A DNA stretch of 64,000 bases from Ruditapes philippinarum (GCF_026571515.1 NW_026859203.1:124001-188000); one strand, 5' to 3'; counted from the first letter of the stretch, positions 1 through 14,093 are shown. Notes: generated by a model not told the origin, from the letters alone. Translations and numbers: made by a program.

Positions 1-699
1 ACTGCTGCAAAATGTCACCAGAATTTGGAAATAATAATTGTAACATTATCCACGCTGTTGTATTAGCAGGTTTTAAAGTTGATAATAGTTACATGTTTTC
101 TCTGAATCCCGGAAGTTTTACATATATACATGTATAATATAAATACTTTTATACTTTAATATATAGGATATGTATTCTCCAAATTAAGTTTTTTAATTGT
201 TTTTTAAGATACTCTTTAAAACAGAGGCTACTATATTGATGAATGATAAAGGAGGCTCGGTCATGCTCCTCTATCGTTGACTTAAGGATGCTACAAAATA
301 GTTCTGATTTCAATTAGTCTAAGTAGGTTTCTGCAACATGTATATATTAAATCGACACGCGTAAAAAGTATATCAATAGTTTAAGAAGAGAATTAACATT
401 CCCAATTCAATGGACATTTTTGAATCGTTTGGCAGAAAATGAGAAAAGTTACTATTATAAATATACCATGTTACTAACGAAGTAGGTAATATTTGTGGAT
501 AGTAAATGCCCACCACTAACTCATTAGAACAAGTTTTAAAATTTCATGATAATAATACTTATCTGGGTTCGTGCTTTTTTAAAGTTTATCAGAAAAGTTA
601 AAAGAATTTAAAAGTGCATGCATTAGAAGTTGTGTTTAAAGTTGTGTTTGAGACTCAGATGTTTCTGTACAATAATCGCACAAGTAACTTCAATGTCTA

Positions 700-1475
700 T
701 ATTTAGGAAAGTACATCTATACATCTGTTGAAGTCTTCATATCTAGGAAAATACATCTACTGTATCTTTATAACTAGGAAAGTACAACTAATGTAGCCAA
801 CATTTACTGCAGTCTTCATACCTAGGAATGTACATTTGCTGCAGTCTTTATACCTAGGAAAGTACAGTTACTGCAGACTTCATACCTAGAAAAGTACATT
901 TACTGTAGTCTTATACCTAAAATACAGTTACTGTAGTCTTCATACCTAGGAAACATTTACTGTTGTCTTCATACCTTGGAAAATACAGTTACTGTAGTCT
1001 TCATACCTAGGAAACATTTACTGTTGTCTTCATACCTAGGAAACATTTACAGTAGTCTTTATACCTTGAAACGGACAGTTACTTTATTCTTCAAACCTAG
1101 GAAGGTACATAAATGTACTGAAGTCTTCATACCTAGGAAACATTTACTATAGTATTCATACCTAGGAAACATTTTACTGTTGTCTTCATACCTGGGAAAG
1201 TACAGTTACTTTAGTCTTCGTACCTTGGAACGTACATAAATTTACTGAAGTCTTCATACCTAGGAAACCTTTACTGTATTTTTCATACCTGTAAAAGTAC
1301 AGTTACTGTAGTCTTCATACCTTGGAACGTACAGTTACTTTATTCTACATACCTAGGAAAGTATATAAATTTACTGTAGTTTTCATACCTAGAAAACATT
1401 AATTTACTGTAGTCTCATACCTAGGAAATTACATTAATTGTAGTCTTTTTATCTAGAAATGTACATTTACTATAA
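700..1475. repeat. Minisatellite, ~30-35 bp degenerate unit (TTACTGTAGTCTTCATACCTAGGAAAGTACA)
   Basis: About 20 consecutive imperfect copies visible directly. Confidence 0.9.
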
Positions 1476-1559
1476 TAAGTTATCATGAAAATGTAAACTG
1501 CATTTCAAGTATTCAAGTTTCATGTCATATCAAATAGCCATGAATCATTAACTATTATG

Positions 1560-1742
1560 AAACCCAAAGGTATTAGCCTATGCCACCTGTACTTAGCCAG
1601 TCCAGTCTGCACATCCGTGTAGTCTGACCAGGCTCGATACTGTACACTGACCAACTTCAAATTTCCATCTTGATGTCCCTAAAACTGATAATGGATAGCT
1701 CCAAAAATGGAAGCTATACAAGTCCATTAAGAAATTCAGCAT
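1560..1742. mobile_element. Degenerate short non-autonomous interspersed repeat (MITE-like)
   Basis: Core GCCAGTCCAGTCTGCACATCCGTGTAGTCTGACCAGGCTC resembles the core of the MITEs at 13871/15563/21952. A reversed degenerate relative lies at ~11930-12025. Confidence 0.55.
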
Positions 1743-3544
1743 AATGACTAATTCATCTATTTTCTTTAGCATATTTATTTTATGACACCATTTTTTGCTT
1801 GCCTGTTAATGTTATTGGATTGGGACAAATAAAGTTAATTTATTATTTTGTTATTATTTTGTAAAGTTAACTAATTTCTGGCTTTCTCATTATCAATTTG
1901 AAGAATCATTACACATGGAGACGAAACAATAATATCGCGACAAGATGGGTCTTAATACCCCAACCCCTCTGCCTCCCCTCCCCCTTTCTCCACCTTCCTG
2001 TGTCTCAAACACTAGGTTACATAAAGCAGGGTCTTTCAAATAGAATGGTCTTGAGTCTGAATCTAAGATTAGGTAATTTACCGACCGTGATCTGGCATAG
2101 TACATCACCATTCAAAAATCAAATTGTAAGATAATGTTTTGTTAAATCGATAAAAATATTACTGATTTGTTTGCTTAATCGATGTTAAATCCCATTTTTA
2201 GTATTCTTAAAATGCATGTTATTCTTTCTCATTAGCAAATATAAATCTCTTACAATACTTATAACTAATTTATTGTCGCTTTTACAACATGCGGGGTTTT
2301 GGTCATTTTTGAGCGTAAAAATATACGCTTAACCACACGTGCTACCAGTGCAGACCAAAATTAGTCTGCACTTTAGTGACGTCTCATCATTGGACGTTCC
2401 TAAAATGATGATTTAAGATATGTAGTAGGGTAAGTATAAGAAATGTGTAATGATTTTGATCATCATCGGCAGCTTTTTTTATGAGGATAAATATCGTTAG
2501 TAGGTAAAAACATGTATAATGAACATCCAACTGGTAATCGTGTATATATAATTATACATTGGTCATATAAACTTTAAAGTACCCTTTTGTTTCTAGATAG
2601 TTTTAAATAGAATTTCATGATATTTTTGAAGTAATTAATTCCAAATCTTAAGTTAAAGAAGATGTGTATCCAATTAAATGAGTTAAATATTCATTTCCGT
2701 GAAGAAAAAAGGAAGTCTTAATTATGATGACTCTCCCCACTTTCAATTAGTCAAAATTTCCAAAAATAAAAAATGTAAAAAAAAAATAACAAGAAAACAA
2801 CATGATAGCATGCTACGGATTGAGGAAGAATATAACATTGTGACAACATTTAACAAACAATAGAGACAATGAAATAACAGCACTTGACCTTTACAAAATG
2901 AGGATTAAGTAATTTTCCTCGTTTAACAATATGTTTCTAGTCCCCCCGACCACGAAATGTTAATCACACTGCACCAAATTCATCTTCATAACACATTCAT
3001 GTATATAATTTAACATACATTACGTTGTTACTTACCAGTTATTTTAGTATATAAACCTATTGAAACAAACGGAAGGTTCCGGATTTAAAATCTAGCACTC
3101 CTGCTTAACATTCAAAGAAATTAATTGTTAGCCAATTGTTAGCCAATTAAATCTGAGTACACGTTTCCGCATCTTTGTATGCTTATCATTATTTATGTTA
3201 ATTTTTTTGTTCAGAGTATAAGTTTTTTAAAAATAAATTTAAATTCCTAACCGAACCATGCCACGTTGTAAACATGCATGTCCCTTTGTAATGAAACTTA
3301 TATTACCAGAAAATGGTTAGTTCTACCATGAAATCTGCCGTTTTGTAGGTAATACGATTTACTTACAGTATTTGATTCTTGGACAAAGTGGTGCTGTTCA
3401 AGCCAGTTCTGGTGACATATAAGTAGGATAAAAACACTAAAAGACAGTGTAAGACAACAGTAGGGTAAAAACACTCGTGGTGGTGGTAGTTTTTACTCCG
3501 GTTTTCCAAAGCACAGTTCAGCCACCGCATTGTTCCTGGGCAGG

Positions 3545-4612
3545 AAAGACAGAAACATAAAAGACAACAGTAGTGTTTAAACACTGAAAGACAGTAACAT
3601 ATAAGACAATATAAGGGTTAAAACACTGAAAGACAGTGACATAGACAGTGACATTTAAGACAACAGTAGGCTTATAACACTGAAAGACAGTGACATAGAC
3701 AGTGACATATAAGACAACAGTAGTGTTTAAACACTGAAAGACATTGACATATAAGATAACAGTAGGGTTAAACACTGAAAGACAGTAACATATAAGACAA
3801 TATAAGGGTTAAAACACTGAAAGACAGTGACATAGACAGTGACATATTAGACAACAGTAGGCTTATAACACTGAAAGACAGTGACATAGTGACAAACAAG
3901 TCAACAGTCGGGCTAAAACACTGAACGACAGTGACATATAAGACACCAGTAGGCTTAAAACACAGAAAAACAGTGACATATAAGACAGCAGAAGAGTTAA
4001 ACACTGAACTACAATGACATATAAGACAACAGAAGAGTTAAACACTGAAATACAGTGACATATAAGACAACAGAAGAGTTAAACACTGGAAGACAGTGGC
4101 ATATAAGACACCAGTATGCTTAAAACACTGAAATACAGTGACATATAAGACAACAGAGGAGTTAAACACTAGAATACAGTGACATATAAGACAACAGAAG
4201 AGTTAAACACTGATAGACGGTGACATATAAGACAACAGTTGGTTAAACACTGGAGGACAGTGACATATAAGTCAACAGTTGGGTTAAACACTGGAAGACA
4301 GTGGCATATAAGACAACAGTAGGGTTAAACACTGAAAGACAGTGACATATAAGACAACAGCAGGGACAGTGACATATAAGACAAGAGTAGGCTTAAAACA
4401 CTGAAATACAGTGACAAGACAACAGTACGGTTAAACACTGGTAGACGGTGACATATAAGACAACAGTTGGTTAAACACTGGAAGACAGTGACATATAAGA
4501 CAACAGTAGGGTTAAAACCATGGAAGACAGTGACATATAGGACAACAGTAGGGTGTAAACACTGAAAGACAGTGACATATAAGACAAAAGTGGGTTTCAA
4601 ACACTGAAAGAG
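3545..4612. repeat. Minisatellite, ~41-42 bp unit (AAACACTGAAAGACAGTGACATATAAGACAACAGTAGGGTT)
   Basis: About 25 tandem copies; source of the repetitive minus-strand ORFs. Confidence 0.95.
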
Positions 4613-5074
4613 AGATACGGAACCATGCAGTCTAGTTTGTCTTAAACACGTATATTACATGTAATTTATATAACATATTTCAATGAGCAACTTTGTTACA
4701 ACTTTTCCGAAAAAAATTTTTTATCATTTGTGAATGGCAATGATCTGAGTGATTTATACAGAACTAATCAACGGTGTCCATTGATTTATTTCACTTATTT
4801 GGCTAGTATTAAACATTGTAGTTCGTTTGGATATATATCATACCGATAATTATTATTCCATTGACGCATTACTATCCACATCTTCTGTTGTTGCTGTTGT
4901 TGTTGCTGTTGTAATAGGATGTTTCCTCGTAGCTTGTCTGCTCGCATGCATATTTAAAGATTATATTGTTTATAATGTATGCTATATAAAGATACTTATG
5001 TGATTATACATGTTATCAAGACAGCATACTACATGTTCATCTCGAATGCCTCTTGACGTTTAAAAATAACGTTG

Positions 5075-5246
5075 NNNNNNNNNNNNNNNNNNNNNNNNNN
5101 NNNNNNNNNNNNNNNNNNNNNNNNNNNNNNNNNNNNNNNNNNNNNNNNNNNNNNNNNNNNNNNNNNNNNNNNNNNNNNNNNNNNNNNNNNNNNNNNNNNN
5201 NNNNNNNNNNNNNNNNNNNNNNNNNNNNNNNNNNNNNNNNNNNNNN
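5075..5246. other. Assembly gap (172 N)
   Basis: Run of N characters. Confidence 0.99.
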
Positions 5247-5469
5247 ATAAATTATCATTAAATATGAAATGACGCGAAATAATAACCTTTTATCATAGAA
5301 GAACAGCTGAGTAAAGAGGTACTTCGATTAAACAGGTTAAAATATCTATTTTAAAAAACCTGTTAGTCGCTGAAATAATAGAATCAAGTCTTTGGATAAG
5401 ACGGTAGATCATAGCAACGTTTAGTTCTGTTGTCTGTTTACAATAAGAGACGAGATGGTCTTTAAACCG

Positions 5470-5955
5470 GGTCCATCAATGTCTGGTCGTCTGCTGGGTC
5501 CATCAATGTCTTGTCGTCTGCTGGGTTCATCATTGTTTGATCGTCTGCTGGGTCCATCAGTGTTTGATCGTCTGCTGGGTCCATCAATGTCTGGTCGTCT
5601 ACTAGGTCCATCAGTGTTTGATCGTCTGCTGGGTCCATCAATGTCTGGTCGTCTGCTGGGTCCATCAATGTTTGGTCGTCTGCTGGGTCCATCAATGTCT
5701 GGTCGTCTGCTGGGTCCATCAGTGTTTGATCGTCTGCTGGGTCCATCAGTGTTTGATCGTCTGCTGGTTCCATCAATGTCTGGTCGTCTGCTGGGTCCAT
5801 CAGTGTTTGATCGTCTGCTGGGTCCATCAATGTCTGGTCGTCTGCTGTGTCCATCAATGTCTGGTCGTCTGCTGGGTCCATCAATGTCTGGTCGTAGGCT
5901 GGGTCCAACAATGTCTTGTCGTCTGCCAGGTTCATCAGTGTTTGATCGTCTGCCG
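5470..5955. repeat. Minisatellite, 27-bp unit (GGTCCATCAATGTCTGGTCGTCTGCTG / GGTCCATCAGTGTTTGATCGTCTGCTG)
   Basis: About 18 tandem copies of two interleaved variants; unit length is a multiple of 3, giving spurious ORFs on both strands. Confidence 0.95.
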
Positions 5956-7689
5956 AGCGTGGATGATACACAAATAGTGTAATAATCTTGTTCTGGTTCT
6001 CGAACAATAATAAAACAGCCTATAATAAAGACTTGTGATACTTTTGTTGTAATACCTGAGATAAAAGTAAAAGTTATAACACATTATACCTGTATAATAT
6101 TGATTTCTTTGTGATGAAGTCTGTCGCTTTACCTTACGTTTGAACATAGTCAAAAATTGATTGCCCCCTCGGCAGAGTACGGGAGGTGACAGCTGCTTGT
6201 ACTATCTACGGTGTGCCAGGTTGCTTTCCCAATTTTCATTGTTAAACCTTCAAATATTGATAAAGTACGTTTATTAAAGCGAGAAATGTTCTGTTTTTGA
6301 TAGCTTGCTTTAAAATATTGATATTGATCTTATTATACAGTGACGGTAAACCGTCCTTTAGTTAAATTTGGAAATGTTTCCCTTATACTTTAACTGACTA
6401 TTCTACTCTCGTAAAACATTTTTTATATGACATAACATGTTCATTAATATTTGGGCTTAATTTTTATGATTTAAAACAAAAACTTAAAATTTGTTAAACC
6501 ACTTACTTAGCAACGACATTTTTGTTGTACTCTCGGGAAATTAATTCACTACACTTTACAATTATATGATAAAGGTGATAAAAAAACAACAACAACAACA
6601 ACAAAAACAAAAAAAAAACAAACAAAAAAAACAAACTAGTAGGGTTAGATAAAATAATGTAAATGTAAGACAATAGGGAACATCTGGAGATAGAATTGAG
6701 AGAGGATGAGCGAGATTGCTACACGTAGTTAATAACGCATCTCTGGGGCATTCTTAATTTGGAGAAATTACTTGTTATAATGACACATTTTGTATGAATT
6801 TACATTACGGTATAAAACTATAATATAATATTGATTTTTGCGTATATGCATTAAAAAGTAACATATGGAATGTTTTATACTTCACAAAATAAGCTGTTCA
6901 AAATATTGACACACGTTTTTGAACTGCAGGTGAGTATAATTTTCTGTGTGTTTTTTTTTCCTTCAGGACATCACGAAAATTATATGAAAGTATTAAAGCT
7001 TTATTATAATACATAACTCCCTAAACTTATAACTGCAAGGACCCACTTATGAACCATTTGTTGTTTACTTTTAAAGTATGCGTACATTTTACGCACGTTA
7101 TTAAAATATAAATACATGTCCATCTTACTTATTATATACAATTAACTCTTCACTAATACTTTAAAGTATGGATTAAAATATGGGTATACTATACGTAAAA
7201 TTATCTCTAAAGGTACAAGACATTTAACTCTTAAGATATATGCATTATGTATACTAAACTCTATATGTAAAACACATTTAACTCATTAAGTATGCACACA
7301 TTTAACTCATAAAGTTTATGCTCATTTTACTCATACACTACTAAACTTTCTAATACACGTAACTCTTAAAGTATGCTTGTACTAAAGTTTTAAAGTATGT
7401 GCTAACTTTTAAATTCTTAACTTGACAAGGGAGGGTAAAGACGTAAAATAATGTTCAATTTAATTTTATAACCTTTAATATCCAATCTCTTGAAACTTTT
7501 ATAATGTTACTGTACTCATTAGAATGTATATTTGACGAAGTGCACACATGACTAACTTTACAATGACTACAACTTCCAAAATGGTTCGAAATGGAATTGA
7601 ATCTAATCTTGTACTTAATTGACATATGCCGAGACAACATGTCAGAAACCGGCAATAAGTAACACACATAAACTGTTAATTTACTAATT

Positions 7690-8040
7690 ACATGCGTTAA
7701 CGTTTAACGTACACGTAACATAGATTAATTTAACACGTGTAAAATTGAAATTAACGTATACGTAACTTGCATACTAGTAAATGATTAACGTTTACGTCAT
7801 TTGCATAAAGTCTTAACGTATATGTAACATGCATAAAATATTAACGTTTACGTAACATGCATAAAATCTTAACGTATACGTGAAATGCACAAAATCTTAA
7901 CGTATACGTAACATGCATAAAATCTTAACGTATACGTGAAATGCATAAAATCTTAACGTTACGTAACTTGCGTAATGTCGTAACGTATAGGTAACATGCG
8001 TAGAGTCATAGCATATAGGTAACTTGCGTAAAGTGTTCAT
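7690..8040. repeat. Minisatellite, ~28 bp unit (TAACGTATACGTAACATGCATAAAATCT)
   Basis: About 11 degenerate tandem copies containing the palindrome ACGTATACGT. Confidence 0.85.
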
Positions 8041-8133
8041 GTATATAGTCTTATTCTAAAATATGTTTTATAAGTTTTACTAAGATAAGTAGTATTTATG
8101 TTTTACTAAGATAAGTACTATTTATGTTTTCAG

Positions 8134-11100
8134 GAGAGCATGTCGAGCATCAACAGTGAAATGAGCACAGAAACCAGCTCATCTCCTCTTCGTGAGGGAA
8201 CCAGTCCAAAGCCAGAATCGAAAACAGGTACATGAACGTTTAAAAAAATTGAAATTGTAAAATAAATACCACATGGCTTTTTAAACCTTATAATCATTAC
8301 ATTGTGGACGTCACATTCGATATTGAGAAACTTTATAAATTTTTATATCACTCGTTTTTGTGTTGATAGATAAATAGTGATTGTACTGAAAAGATTTAAA
8401 ATGTAGTAAAAACGTTGAAGATTTAAGGATCAGATACGTATATACAATGTATAATATTTTTTTTACAAAATAGGATGCAGAAAACGATTACTTTCTTTAA
8501 CAATGTTAAGCGCAACAGTCACTTGACGTAACGTTGTCAGAGTGTAAGGTTTCGCAGATACGTGGTTGACATATAAATCTAAATTCAAACTTAGCATATA
8601 TTTCCTCAGTAAGCGCCTGTCACTGATTTTTGGGGGAATTTTCTAAGGATTTGGAAGATTTGTGGAGAGACACTGAGATCTGGCGAATATTGATTCATCA
8701 GAATTTGCTCTCTTATTCCCAGCAACTGGTTCAACAAGGGGGTTTTGGTAAATACATAATTCATGTTTTCTAGCGGTCTTCGTCTTTTCTTGGAGACATA
8801 AGCCAGCCGTGGGAAATGTTCCCAGAATCATATCACTCATACGCAACAGGCGAAAAATAGCACAAATATGTCTTAAGCAATGCTAGCTCGTCTATGAAAA
8901 TAAGATTCGTTTCATTTAAAATGCAGGAACATGTCTCTCCTATTTACAACATTTTCTTTTTTCTGTGGTTGAGAAGACATTTTATACGAGAACTTTGTGT
9001 TTGTTGAGATTCTTTCCTTCTAAGCACAGTTTAAGCTCCTTAAGGTGTTTAAAATGTGACTTATAAAAAATGGAATAAGCGTGTATGGTAGTGATAAATG
9101 TAACTTCTGCTAACAGACTATTCTATTTCACAAATATTTTGTTGCTTGAAGTGTGCTCTATTTCCCGCTAAGACTTTTCATTACATTGCCAAATTTAGAA
9201 TTTCCCGGAACGTTTAAGAGCCTAAGATTTATTTTAAAGCCACTTGTCTCGATGCGATAACGCCAATTTCTTAAAGCTAAAATCAATGGGCCACCTAAAA
9301 TCTGTCTCTCTTCATGTCACATTATGACGCAGCTTTTATGATTCGGGAAAATATCAGCAGGTAAATGAATTGAGAACCTCCCAGATTTATGAAAAGGAGG
9401 AATAAAAATCAATGTCACCCTTTGAGAACAGTCAATAAAGACAGTTCTTATCGGCTTTTACCATGACCCGCGCTTCGTATCAAATGGAAGCTTTAAAATT
9501 TCTGACAGTGCCTTAAGCAGGGAGTGCTCGTAACGGCACCTGTTGCTATGGCGACATTTTTGGAGATTTTTCTTTTCTTGTGACTAAGAGCGTGGTAACA
9601 AATTAAGTTTCTAAGTTATGAAGACTGGTGTATTCATAGCAGCGAATGTTACATAGTCAATAACAATAACTCTTTTTCAAGACATGAAAACATTCAATAC
9701 GATAATTATAATGGAACATTAACAGTCATATTGCATTTTGCTTAGTAATGCCGTCATGCCCTCCTTTCAAATAAACTTGTTTTCAAAAAGCAAACATACT
9801 CAATATTTTATTCTATATTTAAGTGTTTCCAGGTGTTTATTTATTAATTTGAGCAAGAATGAAACATATAAAATAAGCAGCTTTAATTGAATATGTTAAC
9901 TTGTTGTTATATGGTAAAGGTGTATAGCAGTTAAAGGTAAAATAATGTGTTTTACGGACAGATCGATATATCGCCTAGTCTCGAGTCACGTCTTTTATCT
10001 GTCAGCGAATTCTGCCTTTTATCAAACAACAATCTGGAGACAATTTTGTGGAAAGTTGGTTTCTTATTGATTGCTTTTTTTATTGTTCCTCGCGCACCTG
10101 GATGTCGCGAGAGCGTTCTTCTTGATTTTAGCGACTATATAGGATCGTGCTTATTTGTAGGTTTTTACATATTTTAAAAGATTTTACCAATAAATGGTGC
10201 AATTTGTGAATTTTTTTCCCAATGGATGCGAAGACCCATTAAGAACAAAGTAAAATGAGTTGGTAAATGTAATATTGTGATTGCTGAAGATGTGCTTTTT
10301 CTTTCTTCCACGAAATTGACAACAATTGAAGCATATTTATCATACATTATTGTTTGAACCTTTTGTCTGCTAATGTTCCATGAGAGACTAAATTGACCCA
10401 TTCTATTTTTCCTTGTACATTTTTTTTGCCATGCTGTGCAGTCATATTTATTTATATATAGGCTTTGAATGAACTATCGATCATTTCTAAATATTTTCAA
10501 TTTCTATCTTACTTCAGACGTTACTCCTGTGAAAGAAAATGGTACGTCAAGCCCTGTCCCTAAATCAGTAACGCCCGTCCCTGCAGGAGATGACTTTTTC
10601 CCATTAAACATGAGTAATACACCAAACTCATTATCACCTGTATCACGTGACGAGAGCAAAGGTCACCCGGAGAGAAAACGGAAGTACAGTGATGATGACA
10701 GCTTAGAGGTATGTTGTCACCAGTTCTTTGACATGTACCTCAAATATTCACTGCCTTTACCAAGTTCAGTTTTATTTTCATTATCATTTTCCAAGTTCTT
10801 TTACCATTTTTTTCAAACTTTGCAAAGCGCGTTTCTTTATTTATCATTCAATTAAAAGATTGACCAAATTAAAAACAGACAAATAATAAAAATGTAATTG
10901 CTAGAAGTTTTAAAATATATAAAGATATAAGAATACTACAGATTCTTTTATTGCTGGTAATATAAACGTTGTTATATGTTACAGACCTCGTCTAAGGCTA
11001 GTGAATCTGGCACCCTAGATGATTCTATCGTGAAAGATGACGATGATGACAACGATGATGATGATGAAGACAAGGTTCCACCAGGATCTAACATTGACCC

Positions 11101-13410
11101 GGAGAGACTTAAATCTTTTAATGTAAGTTACTAGTACAATATGAACTAAACCCAACATTAACCGCTATAGAGTTACAAGTTCTAGAAAAATGCATATTAT
11201 AGTGTGCTTCGGATATTCGTACGTGTGTTACTTACTTTACTTACTATGGAGATGAAAATTTATGTCAACTTTCCATTTACGATAAAACAAATTAAATAAA
11301 CGTGATCTAAAAATGTTTCAACATAAGTTGTTTAACATTTTAGCTAAAAAACTGTTTCTAATAAAAATGCATTTGCATAATTCTGCGAACTTTCAGCACA
11401 ACCTTGGTATAAATAATGTTTGAATTTATCGCTAAGTATCGGTGCATGTTTTTTTCTACAGGATTTATTCTCCCGATACACATGTATCTGGTACGGTGAA
11501 GCGGTCAATTAGTAAAGTATAACTATTGATATCATACCAGAAAGTCCAGCTTTGAACATATTCCTTTTATCTTTTAACATTTCAATTTTCAGATGTTTTG
11601 TCGTTTGTTTGTTGATGAAAACTTGGACAGAATGGTTCCGATTTCTAAACAGCCGAAGGACAAAGTACAAGCTATTCTCGACGCATGTGATAGACAGTTT
11701 CCGGAATTTCACGAAAGGGCACGAAAAAGAATACGGACATATCTGAAGTCTTGCCGTCGAATGAGGAGATCGAAGGAAAATGGCTGGGAACCAGTATGTA
11801 TTTTTCTGATTATATCTGATGGTGGTACTTAACCCATATCTTTCATCCAATGGACTTCGATTTTTCTGAACTATCCAACTCTAATTTTGTGGTTTCAACA
11901 TGAAAATTGTATGTTAGTCAACCAACCTTATTGAACCCGGTCAGATTGTACGGGTGTGCAGGCTGGCCTGGCTTTAGACATTGTATGAGACAAAGGATAT
12001 ACACCTTCGAGTAAGCAGGTTAATGGTTTAAGTTTTATTTGAAATATTAGAGCTATTTCTACAACGTTTAAATATTTTATGCACACATTCTTTCAATTTT
12101 GTAATCAAATTATTGTTGTTTTCCTTTTCGTTTCAAGTTGCGACCAACGCCGCCACATTTGACGTCTGCGGCAGCAGAGAGCTATCTTGCCCAGGCATGC
12201 GAGAACGAGAGTATCAATGCCAAGAGAATGAGGATGGGGCTTGAGCCCTTACCAGTGAGTTTTATTCCATGCACTGTGCCGGAACTCTTAAAGTCTTCTC
12301 AAACCAATTAAAATCATAAAACTCATTACAATTCATAATGATGTTTTCTTTAAAATCATTAAAAAATACTGTTTACAAGCCTATTCTTTTATACTTTTAT
12401 AAAGATACCTTATATAGAGAGTTAGAAACAAACATAATATAATTGATATTTAATGTGATATAAAATAGTTTCCTGACACACATGTAACAGATATTCACCA
12501 CGTTTTACAGGCGAGTGCTATGCCTATCACACACCATCCACCCGCTGTTGTATCCACACTGTCTACACCACAGAAGACCAACTCAGCGCAACCCTCACCT
12601 CCCCCGCCCTCACGCTCAGAAAATAAAGACAGTGGAAAGGATCAAACTCGTGAAAATAGCCAATCGTTGCTAACCTCGACTGCGGCCACGCTTAGTCATG
12701 ACCGCCACACTCCTGTCACTGTATCCACGGCAGACTTCATCCGCCATCCTCCTCCGCCAACAGCGTTTAGGCCACCTCCAGAATTCCCGCCATTTTTTGC
12801 TAACGGAAATGGATTATTCCGTCCTGGTTTCCCGGGTTATCAACATCCGGCTCATCACCATCCACCTGTATTACACAGCCCTATTCAAGCAACAAGTCTG
12901 CAAAACGGTGAGCGTACGTGAATATTATAACAATTTATTTAAAATTACTCTGTCGAAAATTATATGAGTTTTATGATAATGTAAATTATGATAAGATGAT
13001 AGTTTGTGTCTATACTAATTATACAAAATAATAATGGTTCACTATTTATTAAATAAATCAAAGTATACGTTACACACTGGCCAATTTTCTAGGCTCACTG
13101 AAATTACAAATAAAATTGCAACATCGTTTAAAGGGAGACAACTTAAATAACTTGTACAAACCTGTTTTATTTACAGAGACATATTTATGACTTAAACTAG
13201 ATCTACACTCTTCATGATTAATATCATTTTATTTTCTACTCTTCCATAGGTCCAACAGATCTGAGCATGAAAAAATCCTCGTCGAAAAATCAACTTAGTT
13301 CAAGTGAAATAACAACAATAAAACAACTAATTTCCGGGTACAGAGAATCTGCAGCGTTCTTGTACAGGTCGGCAGACGAACTAGAACAACTGTTACTTCA
13401 ACAGAACTAG
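8134..13410 (+). CDS. NOL4: Nucleolar protein 4 / NOL4L-like, 3' part (7 exons; 5' end uncertain)
   Basis: Exons 8134-8227, 10518-10708, 10985-11122, 11593-11793, 12138-12254, 12511-12907, 13250-13410; all GT-AG and phase-compatible (1299 nt). NOL4 family motifs: [31 protein letters not shown]...[57 protein letters not shown]. Confidence 0.93.
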
Positions 13411-13870
13411 TTTATAAAACATTGTCGGTCCCGTGCATGTGATTATCATATGACAATAGTTTAACGTGCAGGCCAAACAACAAAAGAAAGCGCAAACTTG
13501 ACCTGTAAGCTTGAGAATGGATGGTTCTACAAAATGGCTTAAATTCAAGTTGAAATTTTACATACCATGTGCAATATTATTTGATAACTATCTAGTCTAT
13601 TTTAAGTTGTTGTGTAAAGATTCGAATGAAAATGCCAGGTGACATTTAGGGATGCACATGTACTTAATTATTCTTATGTTCAAGGAACAATGGTGATGTT
13701 ATCATTTCTGTGTGGTTTGCATCATCAAGATTCATAAATTCGATCGACGATGTTCAGAATTCTAAGATAGATATATAAGTTATATAGGTGTGTATCTTCT
13801 GCTACACAGCCTGTACGGTTGAAACTTGTTAAAAAATTATACTGGTGCCTTGATGAAATAATATCAAGAT

Positions 13871-14093
13871 TTGAGCCACGCCATGACAAAACCAACAGAG
13901 TGCGTTTGCGACCAGCATGGATCCAGACAAGCCTGCGCATCCACGCAGTCTGATCAGGATCCATGTTGTTCGCTTACAAACCCTATTACAAGTTGAGAAA
14001 CTGATAGCGAACAGCATGGATCCTGATCAGACTGCTGGTCTGGATCCATGCTGGTCGCAAACGCATTATGTTGGTTTTGTCATGACGCGGCAT
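13871..14093. mobile_element. MITE, copy 1 of 3 (long terminal inverted repeats)
   Basis: TIR TTGAGCC.CG.CATGACAAAACCAACA...TGTTGGTTTTGTCATGACGCGG; internally self-complementary (GCATGGATCC/GGATCCATGC). Confidence 0.85.

Noticed and set aside
3363-4600. Hydrophobic repetitive minus-strand ORFs; CRISPR-like look of the arrays
   Set aside because: Tandem minisatellite without unique spacers; eukaryotic context and no cas genes.
5037-5272. ORFs consisting of X residues
   Set aside because: Artefact of the N gap.
5455-6007. 175-181 aa repetitive ORFs on both strands
   Set aside because: Translations of a 27-bp minisatellite that is stop-free in several frames; no splice or domain evidence.
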